From the NCBI RefSeq assembly GCF_018350175.1, contig NC_058371.1, positions 6,262,001 through 6,326,000 of the forward strand: a DNA stretch of 64,000 nt, given 5' to 3'. Each line of letters begins with the position of its first letter. The first letter of the stretch is position 1. This DNA is from Felis catus (Eukaryota). Below are positions 47,923-60,945 of this stretch, in pieces. Made by a program: the position numbers and the translations under genes. The notes under the pieces are model-generated. The model was not told where the DNA came from, ran no database searches, and saw only the letters and a program-made list of their open reading frames with translations.

Positions 47923-50559
47923 TATGTTAAGAACCAGGAATTGAAAATGTTGATGGCTGGTAAACAGTAGTAGAACAAGATTTCAGTGCTGATGACAGTA
48001 GGACTTTCCTCTGTTCTAGGCTAAAGACCCACCCCCAACAGCTGACCCAAAGATCGCTGTTTCTTAGAGATTTATTGTGAATGGGACATCTTGGCATTTT
48101 GGCCCCAAACCTCATCTCCAACCTATAGAAATCTACTAACTGGTGTTTGCAACCCCAGGAAGTTTTATGGTAGTTGTCAGTCCCTATCAGCTTTGCAGAG
48201 AGTTGTGTAGAAGGGGTGTTTTTGCACTGTAGGTTTTCTGAGACCCCTATTATATTACGTTGTGGGGCTAGAAGGCTTCTTCCACATGGGATAAGAGTCT
48301 GTTCACCCCTCGGTATGAGAGATCCGAGGCTCTGTGCACCCAGCCTGGTGTATGGGACCTGAGAATCCGCTGGGAGCTCTGACCCACAGATCAGGACTTC
48401 AAGCCTCTTTGTACTTTGCTCACTGCCCGTGGTATTTCACTTCCTAGCTATTTTTATTTTTGCTTTTAAACTGGCTTGGTGGGTTTAAACTTTGCTCAGA
48501 ACACAGAATTCCTTCTTGGGCTAGGACCATGCATGCTCAGTTTCCACTCAGCTGGAGTTTTATTATGAAATTGAAAACCCCTGAAAATAAGATTACATAA
48601 ATAGTTCTAAATAATGAGATTATAGTAGAACGAAAAATTTTCCCAGAAGGTTATGATAAATTTTCCTACAGCATACAAGGTAGTAAATATGAAAGTTAAT
48701 GTTCAAAGCCAATGAGAAATAGTCTTCCCCTGTTGTTTTCCTTTGTGTTTTGGGGAAATGGTAGAGATAATTTTGGCAGAGTAGGTCTAAATGTGAACTA
48801 TTCTGCATTTGTGAGTTAAAATTGTAAAGAATGGGGGATGAAGGAGAACCAAGAACACGCGTAGACCCCCTCTTTCATTTTAAGCGGCTTGCCTGACGCC
48901 TCATTGCTAACGATATAGACAGCTGCCCTGGGGACCCAGCTCCCTGTTCTCCAGCAGACTTCTCTCCATGTCTACAAGGGCCCGTTGGCCCACATAGCTT
49001 TCCCTGATGATCCTATGTTTGGAAACATATGCTCCAGTAAAGAAAACTACATTTCTTAAGAATAAAATGATTTTCCCATTTTTAATTAACCAGATAGATA
49101 AAACTGACCTGCTTAAGGTAACCCCTTATTGTCTCCCTGTATTGGTGTATTATTATTGTTAATTATCTTGTGATCATTGCTCAATACCACTCTGTTCCAA
49201 GTACCACACTTGGTACTTGGCATAGGTTATCAGCAACCCTGAAGCAACTTTGCTGTGATGCTGTAATGCTGCACTTTTGAAAGGAGAAAACAATGGATAA
49301 AGTGAGATTAACTTGACCGGAAGTGCAAGATACGGGACTTGAATGAGGTCTCTCAGATTCTTCATTCTGTACTGCTTTTTCTACCATACCATGCAGCCCA
49401 AAACAGAGTAACTTGACCCTTTTGTTAAGAGACAAGAAGTCCCTCAACACAGCTCCAAGCTGATCTCAGTTCATGAATAATGCTGCCTCTTGTTTGCCCG
49501 TAGTCCACCCAGTGGTCCGTACTGCTTAGTTTTCTCAGTGTCTTCTAAGAAAATCAGTATAGTAAACTAGCTGAATATTGGTTTGAGGAGTCATATGTGT
49601 ACAGAGAAGTCCAGTTCCTCTGTATCCTAAATAGCATGCCGGTGGGTGGAAAGGCCGGATATGGATTGGGGCAAACCTATCCTTACTCCAAGAATGTTTG
49701 ATTCTTTGCTGTCAAAATCACCATTACGATGAAGTCAATGATACTTAAAATCAGAGAAGTTCAGTTTTGTATGAAAATCAGAGTCCAGATTGGCTGAGAG
49801 TCACTGCCCGTGTGGAAATGGGTGGGGCCGTACTAATCTCTAACTCCACCACGGACAGTGATGAGATGATGAGAACATTTCCTCAGTGTTTTCTTGTCCC
49901 ACTTAAAAAGAAAAAACAACAGAGAGTTCATAGAAGCTGAAGTGTCATGGTGAATTGAGTTGTGAAACTTTCAGGGGAAGATCATGTTCAAAGAGAGTCG
50001 TCCACATAGCCAAAGAGCACGGAGTGAAAAGGATGAGGTAGATTATCTCAGGATCAGGAAAGCAGAAGTCTTCGGACAATGCCCAAGACCTTACCACTCC
50101 AGCTACAACAAACCTGAGGGCGGTTAATACTTTTGGTTAGCACACGACTACATGGTTCAGGGACCTGACATCTTGCTTCAAAGTCTTTCAACAAATAATG
50201 CTTGATTTAAATGCCATGCTTCGGCTCTGAGGCCATGGTGAATGACTGATAAAGCCGCAAACCCACAGATAAGCACTAGGGGACAGGTACCCTGTGAAAT
50301 TTAGGGAAGGCAGTTATTAGGTCTCTGACCAGCAAGAACATATTCAAATCCCTCTGGTGCAGTTTTTATTGTGTGCAGAAACCTAATGGGTTTTTCAAAA
50401 ATAAAGTTGAAATACTTGGGCCCTTTTGGAAAAGGTCAGCCCAGAGATCTGCTGAACGTTCTTTTCCTGAACTAGAAGAAACAGGGCAAAAATGACTACC
50501 CTGTCATGCAGAGAAATTATCCCAGCATCTTTGGGGGCAGTCCGAATGGTAAACAGTTC

Positions 50560-50760
50560 CTATTTATCGAACTGATGGTTAAGTACCAAGCCCTGTCCTA
50601 AGTGTCGGATCTCCATCGTCATCTCGGAACAGCTCTAGAAGACTGGGGTTACTTCATGATGTTACAGATTGGGAAACTGAGACCTCACCCAGGGTAAACG
50701 ACTTGTTCAGAGGCGCAAATTGGCAGAGCCAGAATTTAAACTCCAGTCTCTCAGACCCTC
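50560..50760 (-). mobile_element. MIR
   Basis: TTACAGATTGGGAAACTGAGACCTC...GACTTGTTCAGAGG...GGCAGAGCCAGAATTTAAACTC core. Confidence 0.75.
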
Positions 50761-51703
50761 TCTCCCTGGATCAGGTTGTGAATTACGGAGGCTTAAGTCT
50801 GAAAGGGAATCTACAAGTAACTTAATCCGGAGCATTTATTTTACAGATGTGAAAATTGAGGTTTTGTAAGATTACTGTTCCCTGCTGTGTAAATGAGTTG
50901 TTTTTACTGCAAATGTTTAAAAGAAGTATAAATCCTAATGTTTCCAACCATGACCTGAGGCTCATGTCACATACTCCCACCCCCACCCCACAGTACTATA
51001 TATCTTCATCTTGCCATAGAACCCTCCAGTTAGGAGGTGGGGTTGATTGAGCGCCCTGGGGCAGGAACATGGCGCTGAGTCAGGAAAACCTTTTCAGAGC
51101 AGTAGGTTGGGGCTGTGTAGTGGGCGATTGCCCTCTGGATTTGCAAAGCGTCCGCCTTGCACTGATATCCTCGTTCCCCCTCCCATTGCCACTCCTGTCC
51201 CCATTTGCTCTAGGCCAAGAAGAGACCAACATCTGGTGACAGACAGTAGTTCCCAAAAACTTATGAAAACCACATTGCAAAGGGGATCGAGAGCCATAGC
51301 ACAGAATCTGTTCGTTACTTTCTCGTCTGCAACAGACCATTTATGTTTTGTTTTTCTCCTCGCTAATGCGCTGCTTCTAGGGCACTGGGGACATTAACTG
51401 ATTTCCAAGGTTGATTTAAAGCAGCACGAGTGAATTAGAAAGATTTTCTTTGGAAAGTATTATCTTGAATCGCACAATATTTATCTTTTAAATTCATAAT
51501 CAAAGTATATGTTACTGCTTCAAATTCTCTGTCTTTAAACCCTTAATGCTTAAATTTTGAAAGTGTTTTTCTTTATTTGCATTTTAAATACTGAGGATAA
51601 TACTGAGTTCAAAGAGGTAACACTTCCAGGAGCCTCTAAAATTTCCATTGTGATACAGTATCGATGGCCTTCTCTAGAAGTGTTTACATTGGTTCGTTCA
51701 TAA

Positions 51704-51926
51704 GGGCTCCTGGGTGGCTCAGTCGGTTGGGCGACCGACTTCGCTCAGGTCATAATCTCACAGATGGTGATTTTGAGCTCCGCGTCAGGCTCTGTGCTGA
51801 CAGCTTAGAGCCTGGAGCCTCCTTCGGATTCTGTCTCCCTCTCTCTGCCCCTTCCCCACTCGTGGTCTGTCTCTGCCTCTCTCTCAAAAATAAACATTAA
51901 AAGATTGTAAAAAAAAAAAAAAAAAA
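51704..51926 (+). mobile_element. CanSINE with 20-bp TSD
   Basis: TSD AGAAGTGTTTACATTGGTTC at 51676-51695 and 51927-51946. Confidence 0.96.
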
Positions 51927-52779
51927 AGAAGTGTTTACATTGGTTCCACATCTAGCCGTTCGAATTAGATGCAAGCATATTTATAATCATTTAATATATA
52001 CAGCTGTCTAATCATTATATAAAAGACTTCACGCCGAATCTCATGTAATATTGTTTTAACTTATCAAACCTCTAGGAGAAGCCACATTGAAATGTTCCTT
52101 GGGAATGTGATTTTTTTTTTCCTTACCTGAAGCTCGGTGTCTCCCAAAGCAACTTCAGGAATCATGCTCCCTGAGTAATCCAGAAGGACTAAGAATAATT
52201 GAATCCAGCTATATCCTAACTTCTCCTGCTGAAAGGTTCTGGCTGTTGGTTCACTTTCTACAAAGTAGTTGAGCTTATGCCTTGAAATAAAGTCCAAATA
52301 CTTGAGAAGAAAATGAGCCTCTCTCTTTGGTGGTATGTTTTAAGTCTTCCAGCCTACATTAGATGGGGTAAGGATAGCCCACCCACGTGGATAGCAATCC
52401 GCATGGTGAGGACTGCAGACTCCTGGGTGTCCCTGAGACCCTTACAGTGAGTCCACCAGGCTGGAACTGTTTCTGTAATGACACTAAGATGTTTTCGGCC
52501 TCTGACAGTGTAACGGTGTTTGTACTGATGGCACAGAATCATTTGGGGTGGGGGGCGGGGCGGGATCTGCTAGCACCCTGGGATGAATCGAGGGAATAGC
52601 CCACACTGTATTTGTGTCACTATATTGAGTCACACACTCGCAGTTGGGAAGAAGATAAGGCAGTTTCACTTCAGGATGTCTTTGACAAAGCAGCAATGAC
52701 TATTCATTTTATTTAAGCCTCTACTACCGAATATAGGTCTTCCTATATGCTCTACGCTGGAGTGTGAGATGTCTATAAA

Positions 52780-53035
52780 TCCCTTCTGCAAACCAAGGTA
52801 CCGTGGTTGTGTCAAAGCAAAGCTCTTGTGGTGGTTTTAGTTGTGACCTACGCGAGCCTTTTTTTTCTTTCTTTGATGGAATACCATTGCTACTTGAAAT
52901 AGCCAGTGAAAGGCAAACTATTTGCTTATGTAAACTCTAGTATTTAGAAGACATTTTCTTTAAAATGAGTGAAACCAGTCTGACGCTTTAAGGAAAACAA
53001 CTCACAGTGCGATGATTAAGTTAAACGCGACGAGA
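52780..53035 (+). mobile_element. Charlie1-like hAT transposase relic
   Basis: ATGGAATACCATTGCTACTTGAAA...CAAACTAT...AGACATTTTCTTTAAAATGA...AAGGAAAACAACT resembles the Charlie1 consensus as recalled. Confidence 0.65.
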
Positions 53036-53295
53036 ATAGGAGAGAGAGATCTGTCTCCTACATTATGACATAGAAATTTTTGCATCACTGATGTGTACGG
53101 TCAGCATCTGTGCACAGTGACTGCACTTGGAGCCCTCGGCAAGTACCTGTTGTGAGGTAGACGCTCTGCGTTTGTGGCTTGGCTACGCGTGAAGCGGGGA
53201 AGGGTCTGGGCGTGTGAACTGTGTTATGTACTTCCTCGGCCTCCAGGAAGCCTGTTTCCGGGCAGGTAGTTGAAAACAGGACCCTGTCTCCGTAC

Positions 53296-53426
53296 CTTTA
53301 TCTCCTCTGTGGAGTTTGGGAACACCAGCGTATAGATGCCGTTCGCTGTCCTCCCTGACTTGAATGCTTCTGCACAGTCTCTGAAAACGACTGCTTCTTC
53401 CTTAGCACTGAAGGAGTTCTTCGCTG
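53296..53426 (-). CDS. ANGPT2: Angiopoietin-2 exon 5 (alternative start 53423 via NAGNAG), start of fibrinogen-like domain
   Basis: T13-aaAG|CAG acceptor, donor GTACGG from 53295; 131 or 128 nt; (S)AKNSFSAKEEAVVFRDCAEAFKSGRTANGIYTLVFPNSTEEIK. Confidence 0.96.
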
Positions 53427-54014
53427 CTTTAAAAAAAAAAAAATAGGAAAGCATTTAAAGGGAGTTCATGAAAAGATAAAAGTTCATTATTTTGAGATGC
53501 ACTCAGTGGTAAGTTTTATTACGTTTGAATTCTTATAATAAACAAAAGGGACAGCTCTTCTCCTTTACAAAAAAAATTACTCCAGTAAGCCATACTTCTT
53601 TTTTTATTAATCAACTACATGTAATGCAACTATTTTGCAATTAAATGTAATAAACAATTACTTAAAAAAAAAAACTTCCATCTTGACTAGAATCACATAA
53701 AGTTACTGCAAAAGAGTAAAAAAAAAAAAAAACGTACCTAAAAACAGTGGTACCTCTCCAGTGGCTGCGTGGCATATCCCATACAGAGGCCACGTCTTGA
53801 TATATTTCTTTAGACTGTTGGGTAAAGACATTAAGTATTCTTTGGATTTTTAGCCCCTGACCCACAGTAGTTTGTGTTCAAGACTACCATTAATGTATCT
53901 ATGTTTTTGAAATTCTTACTCTAAGACAAAAAGTCCTAGTATTACAAAAGTCCCTCAGATTTTTACTCTGCTCTCAACATTTAGATTTCCCACCCCTTTC
54001 TGCCATTAGAAAAA

Positions 54015-54017
<3 letters not shown>

Positions 54018-54068
<51 letters not shown>
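54018..54068. repeat. (GT)25 microsatellite
   Basis: Direct reading. Confidence 0.98.
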
Positions 54069-54069
<1 letters not shown>

Positions 54070-54839
54070 CGATCGTTCTTGCAGGTATTTATAGTAATTC
54101 TAGAGACCTACCAAAGCACAGGTGTCTGGACTAGATGTACGGGTGGGCATTACAGGTAGACAGTCTCTGCCGTCACATCAGCTAGAGACACGTGGGGAAA
54201 GGAAGGCCATTTCTGCTGCTCTGTCTCTCCTGTGCTCCTGATCTCTGCCAGGATTTGAGCTGCATGGTTTTGTCTACTTTGGCTCCTCAGAGCTAACACC
54301 TCAAGTTATCTTGCTCCCACTAGATATCAGATGATTGTCTTTTCCTTTTCTATGAAGGTGAAACTCTGAGTTTTCCCAGTTATAACAGACTGAAACTCTA
54401 GCTGGAAGGCGCCTACTGCGAACTGGCCTTCCAGTGTCAATCCTGCCATTTAGCATCAAGATAGCGCTGTTTCTGTTTGTGTCCTTGTGTAAGTCGAAAC
54501 CTCGTTTGTGTTTCTATTAAGATTGGGATAACTGCATGGCTTGAGGATGATGAGAGAACACATTTCTTACGAAACTGAAGAATATCTTCACGGGATGTAA
54601 AATGCATCCATGCCAAGAGAACACAAGTTTAAAGGACATTAGGAAATAAATAAGCCACTGTAAGAACTAGACCCGATTTGTTTACGAAAAAGACTTAAAA
54701 TGAAAATACCGCACAGATTATGTATCACATTTCAGATTAATGACTGAAGCTGCCTCCCTTTTCTCCTCTAACATCCAAGGGAGATTGGAAGGTTAAAACA
54801 GTAATAAAGTAGGCAAAACATAACTAAGGATGGACTGAG

Positions 54840-55045
54840 AGAAGGGAACTGACATATCTTGAGTGCCAATTTTATGCCAGTCAATGCAAGCATTAGCTCA
54901 ATCTTCACAACAGTCCTCTGGGTTTAGATTCGCTTCTTCCACATAATAAATAAAGTCCACTGTGGATTAGTAACTTGTCCAGCCTCATAGCACCAGATAA
55001 CGATGGAACTATAACTCAGAGTAGGCTCTTTGAGCCCACGAATCA
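54840..55045 (-). mobile_element. MIR fragment
   Basis: TTGAGTGCCAATTTTATGCCAG...AATCTTCACAACAGTCCT...AGTAACTTGTCCA. Confidence 0.55.
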
Positions 55046-55149
55046 TGTTTGGGGTGTTTTGCCTCATAATAATTAGTTAGTATAAATATGTATTCCCTCT
55101 CTCCTCTTCTTCCTTATTTTTATTCTATTTTATTTTTCCTTCCTGAACA

Positions 55150-55685
55150 GCATTTTTAAAAATTTTAATTCCAGTACAGTTAACATACAGTGTTATAATA
55201 GTTTCAGGTATGCATCATAGTGATTCCACAATTCAGGGAATGGCCTGACTCAGTGCTCGTCATGATAAGCGTGTTCTTTGATTTCCATCGCCTGCTTCCA
55301 CCATCCCCTCACTCACCTCCCTTCTGGTAACATTAGTTTGTTCTTATAGTTAAGAGTCTGCATTTTGGTTCTGTCTCTGTCTCTCTTTTCCTTTGTTCAT
55401 TTGTTTCGTTTCTTAAATTCCACGTATGAGTGACATCATATGGTATTTGTCTTTCTCTGACTGACTTACTTCCTTAGCATAATGCCCTCTAGTTCTACCC
55501 ATGTTGTTGCAAATGGCAAGATTTCATTCTTTTTTCATGGCTGAATAATATTCCATTACATACATATATTTTCCCCATAATTTGCCTATTGTAGATAATG
55601 CTGGAATAAACAGAGGGGTGCATGTATCTTTTAGGATTAGTGGTTTCATATTCTTTGGGTAAATACCCAGAAGTGGAATTACTTC
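55150..55685 (-). mobile_element. Carnivore LINE-1 3' end
   Basis: CAGTACAGTTAACATACAGTGTTATAATAGTTTCAGG; CATGTTGTTGCAAATGGCAAGATTTCATTC; TTTGGGTAAATACCCAGAAGTGGAATT. Confidence 0.9.
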
Positions 55686-55852
55686 CTCCTCCTTTTCTAA
55701 TTGGTTCTGTATTAAGACCCTGTAAAGCTTTTATAGGAAACATGTAAGAGAAATAGTCCTTTTCTGACAGATGAGAATTTTTAAGGATTTTGAATTTCAC
55801 TTAACCAATGCAATTAAAACAGAAGAAAAGATGATAGGTAAATTTGACTTAC

Positions 55853-56082
55853 AGCTTGATGATATCATAGTCAATAAATTATGAACTGTCTCCATCAGAT
55901 CATGTTGCTGCTTTTGGAGAACTGAGCTATTCACCGTGGCGGTCACTAATTGTTTTTCTAGTTCTTCAATGATGGAATTTTGCTTGGATACTAATACTTG
56001 GAGCTGATCTTTCTCTTCTTTTATCGACTGTAGTTGAACAATATGCTTGTCTTCCATGTCTAGTACTTTCTTTTCCAGGAAA
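55853..56082 (-). CDS. ANGPT2: Angiopoietin-2 exon 4, coiled coil
   Basis: Acceptor AG at 56084-56083, donor GTAAGT from 55852; 230 nt; FLEKKVLDMEDKHIVQLQSIKEEKDQLQVLVSKQNSIIEELEKQLVTATVNSSVLQKQQHDLMETVHNLLTMISSS. Confidence 0.97.
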
Positions 56083-56157
56083 CTTGTAGAGGGAAATAAT
56101 TGTTAGTTTAGTGAAGGGTTTTCTGATTGCTTTATGTACATCAACTCAGTTTTGTAC

Positions 56158-56373
56158 TTTTTTTTTTTTTTTGTAATGCTTATTTACTTTCAAGAGACAG
56201 AAACAGCAGAAGTGAGGGAGGGGCAGAGAGAGAGAGGGAGACAGAGAATCCGAAGCAGGCTCCAGGCTCTGGGCTGTCATCACAGAGCCCAACGTGAGGC
56301 TCAAACTCACGAACCATGAGATCATGACCTAAGCCAAAGTCGGACGCTTAACTGACTGAACAACTGAGATGCC
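56158..56373 (-). mobile_element. CanSINE about 75 nt from the ANGPT2 exon 4 acceptor
   Basis: Consensus; TSD CTC(A/G)GTTTTGTA. Confidence 0.93.
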
Positions 56374-57285
56374 TCTCGGTTTTGTAATTCTTAAACAATC
56401 TTTAATATTTATTGAATTCCTGCTTCTCCAAGGCCCTCTGTTAAGATGTTAAAGGAGTTGCCGCAGCCCTGAAGAAACTCTCAAACTTGCCGAGAACTCT
56501 AGATAAGCAGATGGGACATAGATATGAGGATAAAATACCCTAACCAAAATGTAAGGTCCGTAATTAGAAGTTATCACATGGAGTGCATTTGAAGATCATG
56601 ATTTTGCTGAAGGGAATTGTGGACAATGAGAAGGCGGCCTTGGTGTTGGGAGCACATGGGAGCGAGTGGAAAGCCCAGGCTGAGAACCTCACTTCTGCAT
56701 GTGACCACCTGTGTCACCTGCATCAGGCTGTTCCCTGTCTGCATCTCAGGTGAATGTCTACCTAAATGAACATCCACCTGTAGATATAAATTTCTATGTA
56801 AAATGAAAGCAGTAGATTAGATAAAGATCTCTGAGGTCCTTCCTAGTTCAAATAATCTGTAAGTCTACAATGCCTTTTTGAGGGCAGTAACATTTTCTGA
56901 ATCTTTAATTCTGTGAGCAACATTACTCAGCCAAGAAACTGACTACCCACTAAAGGTCTTACCTATAAGCAGTAACAATCAGTATAAATAATTATTATTA
57001 GAAATTCAGTTGTAAGTCTTAAATTTATCCCAGCCAAATCCTTGTAAATTGGTATATGACAGTAAGTGTTGTTCACTATTCCAAGTCAGAAAGTAAGCAG
57101 CTACTGTAATACCCTGATTTGCACTTTATTTATATTTCATCAGTTTTCTCCTGTCTCTTTTAAAACTATTACATCTCATTATTTTTCCTGCTATCAGCTT
57201 ATTCTTTTAATTGTGTATCATTTTGTTAATTTAAAAACTAAGATGACTTACTCTAAGCAGAAGTTAACCTAAAAATAAACGCACA

Positions 57286-57497
57286 AGGTGTACCCAGGTG
57301 GTTCAGTCGGTGAAGCATCTAACCCTTGATTTCAGCTCAGGTCATGATCTCATGGCTCTTGGGATGGAGCCCTGTGTCAGGCTTTGTGCTGACAGCTCAG
57401 AGCCTGCTTGGGATCCTCTCTCTCTCTCTTGCTCTGCCCTTCCCCCACTCGTGCTGTCTCTAAAATTAAATAAATATAAAAAAGTAATAAATACATA
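57286..57497 (+). mobile_element. Older CanSINE
   Basis: Diverged consensus. Confidence 0.9.
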
Positions 57498-60400
57498 AAG
57501 TTTTTCTGTTTTCTGCCTGAAATCATTTCTAGTACTATCATTATAGGCAGTGTACTTTCAAAGCACTCCTGTGATGCTTGACCTAGACAATTAACATAAA
57601 ATAAGTGAGGCATTTTTAAATTACTAATCTACACTGCCTTCAAAATGACATTGCTTGAAATTTCTTATCCAGCTGTATTCTGTTGTCTTTAATACTTTGT
57701 GGCGAGGCATAAGAGAAAGATGGGACAGTCCTATGCTCCAGAGTGTGAATGAGAGTGTGAACACTCCTAGATGGATATATTTTTTTAAATTAGCCTGTAT
57801 TGAAAAATTATTTTTTTTTAATTTTTTTAAAAATTAGCCTGTATTGAAGAGTTTAGCAGGTCACCCCAGACCACACTGGCCCTGAGAGCAGGACCGTGTA
57901 GGCACGGAAGCACAGACCATGGCATTTAAAGCTATAAGGAGTGTCAGATCATATCCTCCAGCAACACTTTGCAAAATGCAGACTGGGACCTGTTACTGGC
58001 CTGTGAGATCCATTTAATGAGTCACAATCAGCACTTTTTAAATGAGAGCGAATTAATTACATAGGATAAAATAGATGAGAATCGAGTGCAAGTTCATAGC
58101 AACAACTCTCCACGCTGCAACAGATACCGAGGCCCAGAGTGCTAAGTGGCGGAAGGAAGGAGATGGGGCGGTATGGGGAATCCATACGGTGGGTAACACT
58201 CTGTAGCGTGGTGTTTGGTTTTCTGGTACAGGGAAATCAATGTGATCATCACCATAAAAATTGGACTTAAGTACAGCTTATCTTCCTATTAACATAACTC
58301 ACAGGCAGTTGAGGAGTGTGAGGAAATACCCTGTGTAGGCAGAAATACCAAGGCTGAATCCTGTTTCTTTTATGAGTTTTTATTGGCTCTCTTTAGAAGG
58401 GGGCAGCATCCATGGCAGCACTTTTCAATAACGATAATTACCGTAACGATAATCACAATTTAATCGAGCTGGTACAACTAGGGCCTAAATGAATCCTTTA
58501 TTTTTAAAAGAAAAAAAAAAGGAATGATTAGGTGAAAAACACATAGTAATTTTCACCTTCAGCTGGTGAACCTAAAAATGGTATAGTGGCAATTTTCAGA
58601 ATATCATCGACCCTGATCAGTACTCTGACTTCATCGGAAACTACTCCATGAAGAAAACAGTTGCACTTTTGGAGACACATTGAAAGTAATTTAAAGAAAT
58701 GGTTTGGCACATGTGCAAAACATTCCCATATATTTGTAACGATGTTGTTGCAAGCGAAATCCTAGGCTAGTCAAAACGTAAGGCACCAGAAAACACAGCA
58801 TGCCAAACTCACCGAAAGATGAAAAATCATCTGCACAGTTTCCTTATTTTTATTTATTTACCATCATCAACAGAAGCCTTGTTATCGTCATTTCATATTT
58901 GTGTCAAAAGAGGCTGCGATTTCTGCAGCCCCTGCAAAGATTATTCTTCCTGCAGGTACAGAGTTGTTACGTATGGTGTTTATGACAAGTCTGCTGATAA
59001 AAAGCTATCCCTTTCACGATCTATACTCTGAGAGGCCATTCGGAAACAATCTGTGTACAACTCCCGCGTGAGTGAGAGATTTGCAGCCCAGGCTGTGGTG
59101 TACTGCTCTTGTAAGTGATACGCAGTCTTAGCGTGTCGGGTATGTTTGACACGGCGGTTTTATGGAGGAAATGTGATGTTTAAACTTAATGTCATATAAA
59201 ACTAAACTCCGAGTATTGGAAAAGTGTACTGCTGGTCCATGTAGATTCAACTGGAGGACAACGTGAAAGATTTAAGTAAAAAAATAAAAAAGTTGGAGGA
59301 TCACATAGGCAAGAATAATCAGAAGGTACAGCGAGCCTCAGGATGGTTGGGATCACTATTTTATATGTTGTGAAGCTTTGACATACAGAGACATTTCCCC
59401 AAATCATGATGAGCAAAGGATGTAGGGAAAGTTGTTGATTGTATTTCAAAGCAATTCCAGCTGACTGTGCGTAACGAAGTTTACTTGTAGTAAGTGAAAA
59501 CATGAAGCAGTGTGTCTGAACTCAGGAAGAAGATTTATACTCCTCAAGGCAAAAGGCAGTACGATTTGGCAAATATTTACAAAGATGATACTCGGGAAAC
59601 ATAACTGACATGCTTAACTGATAATTTTCGTGTTTTAGCATACTAAATTAGAAACATAAGGAGGGGATGGTGTGCAATACCAGGGTGCATTCAACAAAGT
59701 AATCAAAACCTAGGTATCTCCCAGCCCATATTGTTTTGGCAAGCAACAAAAGTAATCGCTCAGCTCCTGTATCTTCCTGTCACTGCAACTTCATTCAATA
59801 AAAGAGAACATTATTAAATAAGACCATTTTAAGAGATTGTTGTATCTCAACGTTTGGTCTCAAACTTTTATTTTTTTACTTTGCAGAAGAAAAAACATTG
59901 AAACACTAAAGAAAAATATTTGAATTAAAAAACGATATTTGCAAAAGAATAAAAAAAAATCTATTTGCTTTTGAAAATTCTAAATCAATAGTGGGCTAAA
60001 CTTGTTACCCAAAGAAGAGAAAGAATTATTTCAGCTGAGTTCTTGATTAACAGGAAAGAATGATCAGAAGACAGTAAGTTTATCGTCATTTTTGGGTAAG
60101 AAAACATTATTTACTTGAAATTACTTAGTTCTGAAATACAGTATATTGTTGTCTGACCATTCTCCATGTCATATGCACATCTTGGTTAGAAACAAGTTGG
60201 TAGACAAAATTATCTTCGTGTACTCCCGTCTGCAATAAGCCTTTGAAAACAGTCCCCACTGATCACCCAAAGTTTGTTTTTGTATTGGCTTTCTTGGGAT
60301 TTTTCTAGATCTTATTTAAATATTAACATAATATTTATTAATGACTTCCATTTTTACTTTATCGTATGTTTTAAGAGTAACTTTTGCACCATGAAATGTG

Positions 60401-60823
60401 CCTTGTTTACACTGTAAGTGTAGTTTTCCACCTGTGGGTCATTTTGCATTGGAAGTGATGACGTTCCCAGAGGCAAAGGTAAAAAGCCTGGGCCAGTGTT
60501 ACTTTTATTCCAAGACACTGGCAGCATTTTGTCACAGATTAACTTGGGCGGTATTGAGGCAGAGCTTGGAGAATCACTGGAGGAGAATCTTTAAGGGGCC
60601 AGAGAATGAAAAACATTGAAGACTGGATTAGAAGGCACACCTCCACTTTTTCCCAAACCCTCTCCCTGCCTTTCCCTCACGAGGTGTCCAGTCCTGACCC
60701 CATGCATTAAGAAATCTGGGATTTTGGAAGCCATTCTTAGAAATGATAGTCACGTGAAATAGGCTTTCAGATCTACAAGGTACGCAGTTCTGGCTTATAA
60801 ATTTTTTTGTGTGTTTTTATTAC

Positions 60824-60945
60824 CTGTTCTTATCTTGCAATTTGTTTATTTCACTGGTCTGGTCCAAAATCTGTTTCTCCAATTTGCTGGTGGAAAGGGA
60901 ATGTTCCAGAAGCTGAAGTTCAAGTCTTGTTGTCTGATTTAATAC
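60824..60945 (-). CDS. ANGPT2: Angiopoietin-2 exon 3, coiled coil
   Basis: Acceptor AG at 60947-60946, donor GTAATA from 60823; 122 nt; VLNQTTRLELQLLEHSLSTSKLEKQILDQTSEINKLQDKN(S). Not in the supplied ORF track. Confidence 0.98.

Noticed and set aside
38101-60945. ANGPT2 as a pseudogene because exon 8 is not readable
   Set aside because: All visible exons have intact frames and canonical splice sites, and the exon 8 acceptor abuts a gap of the right size.
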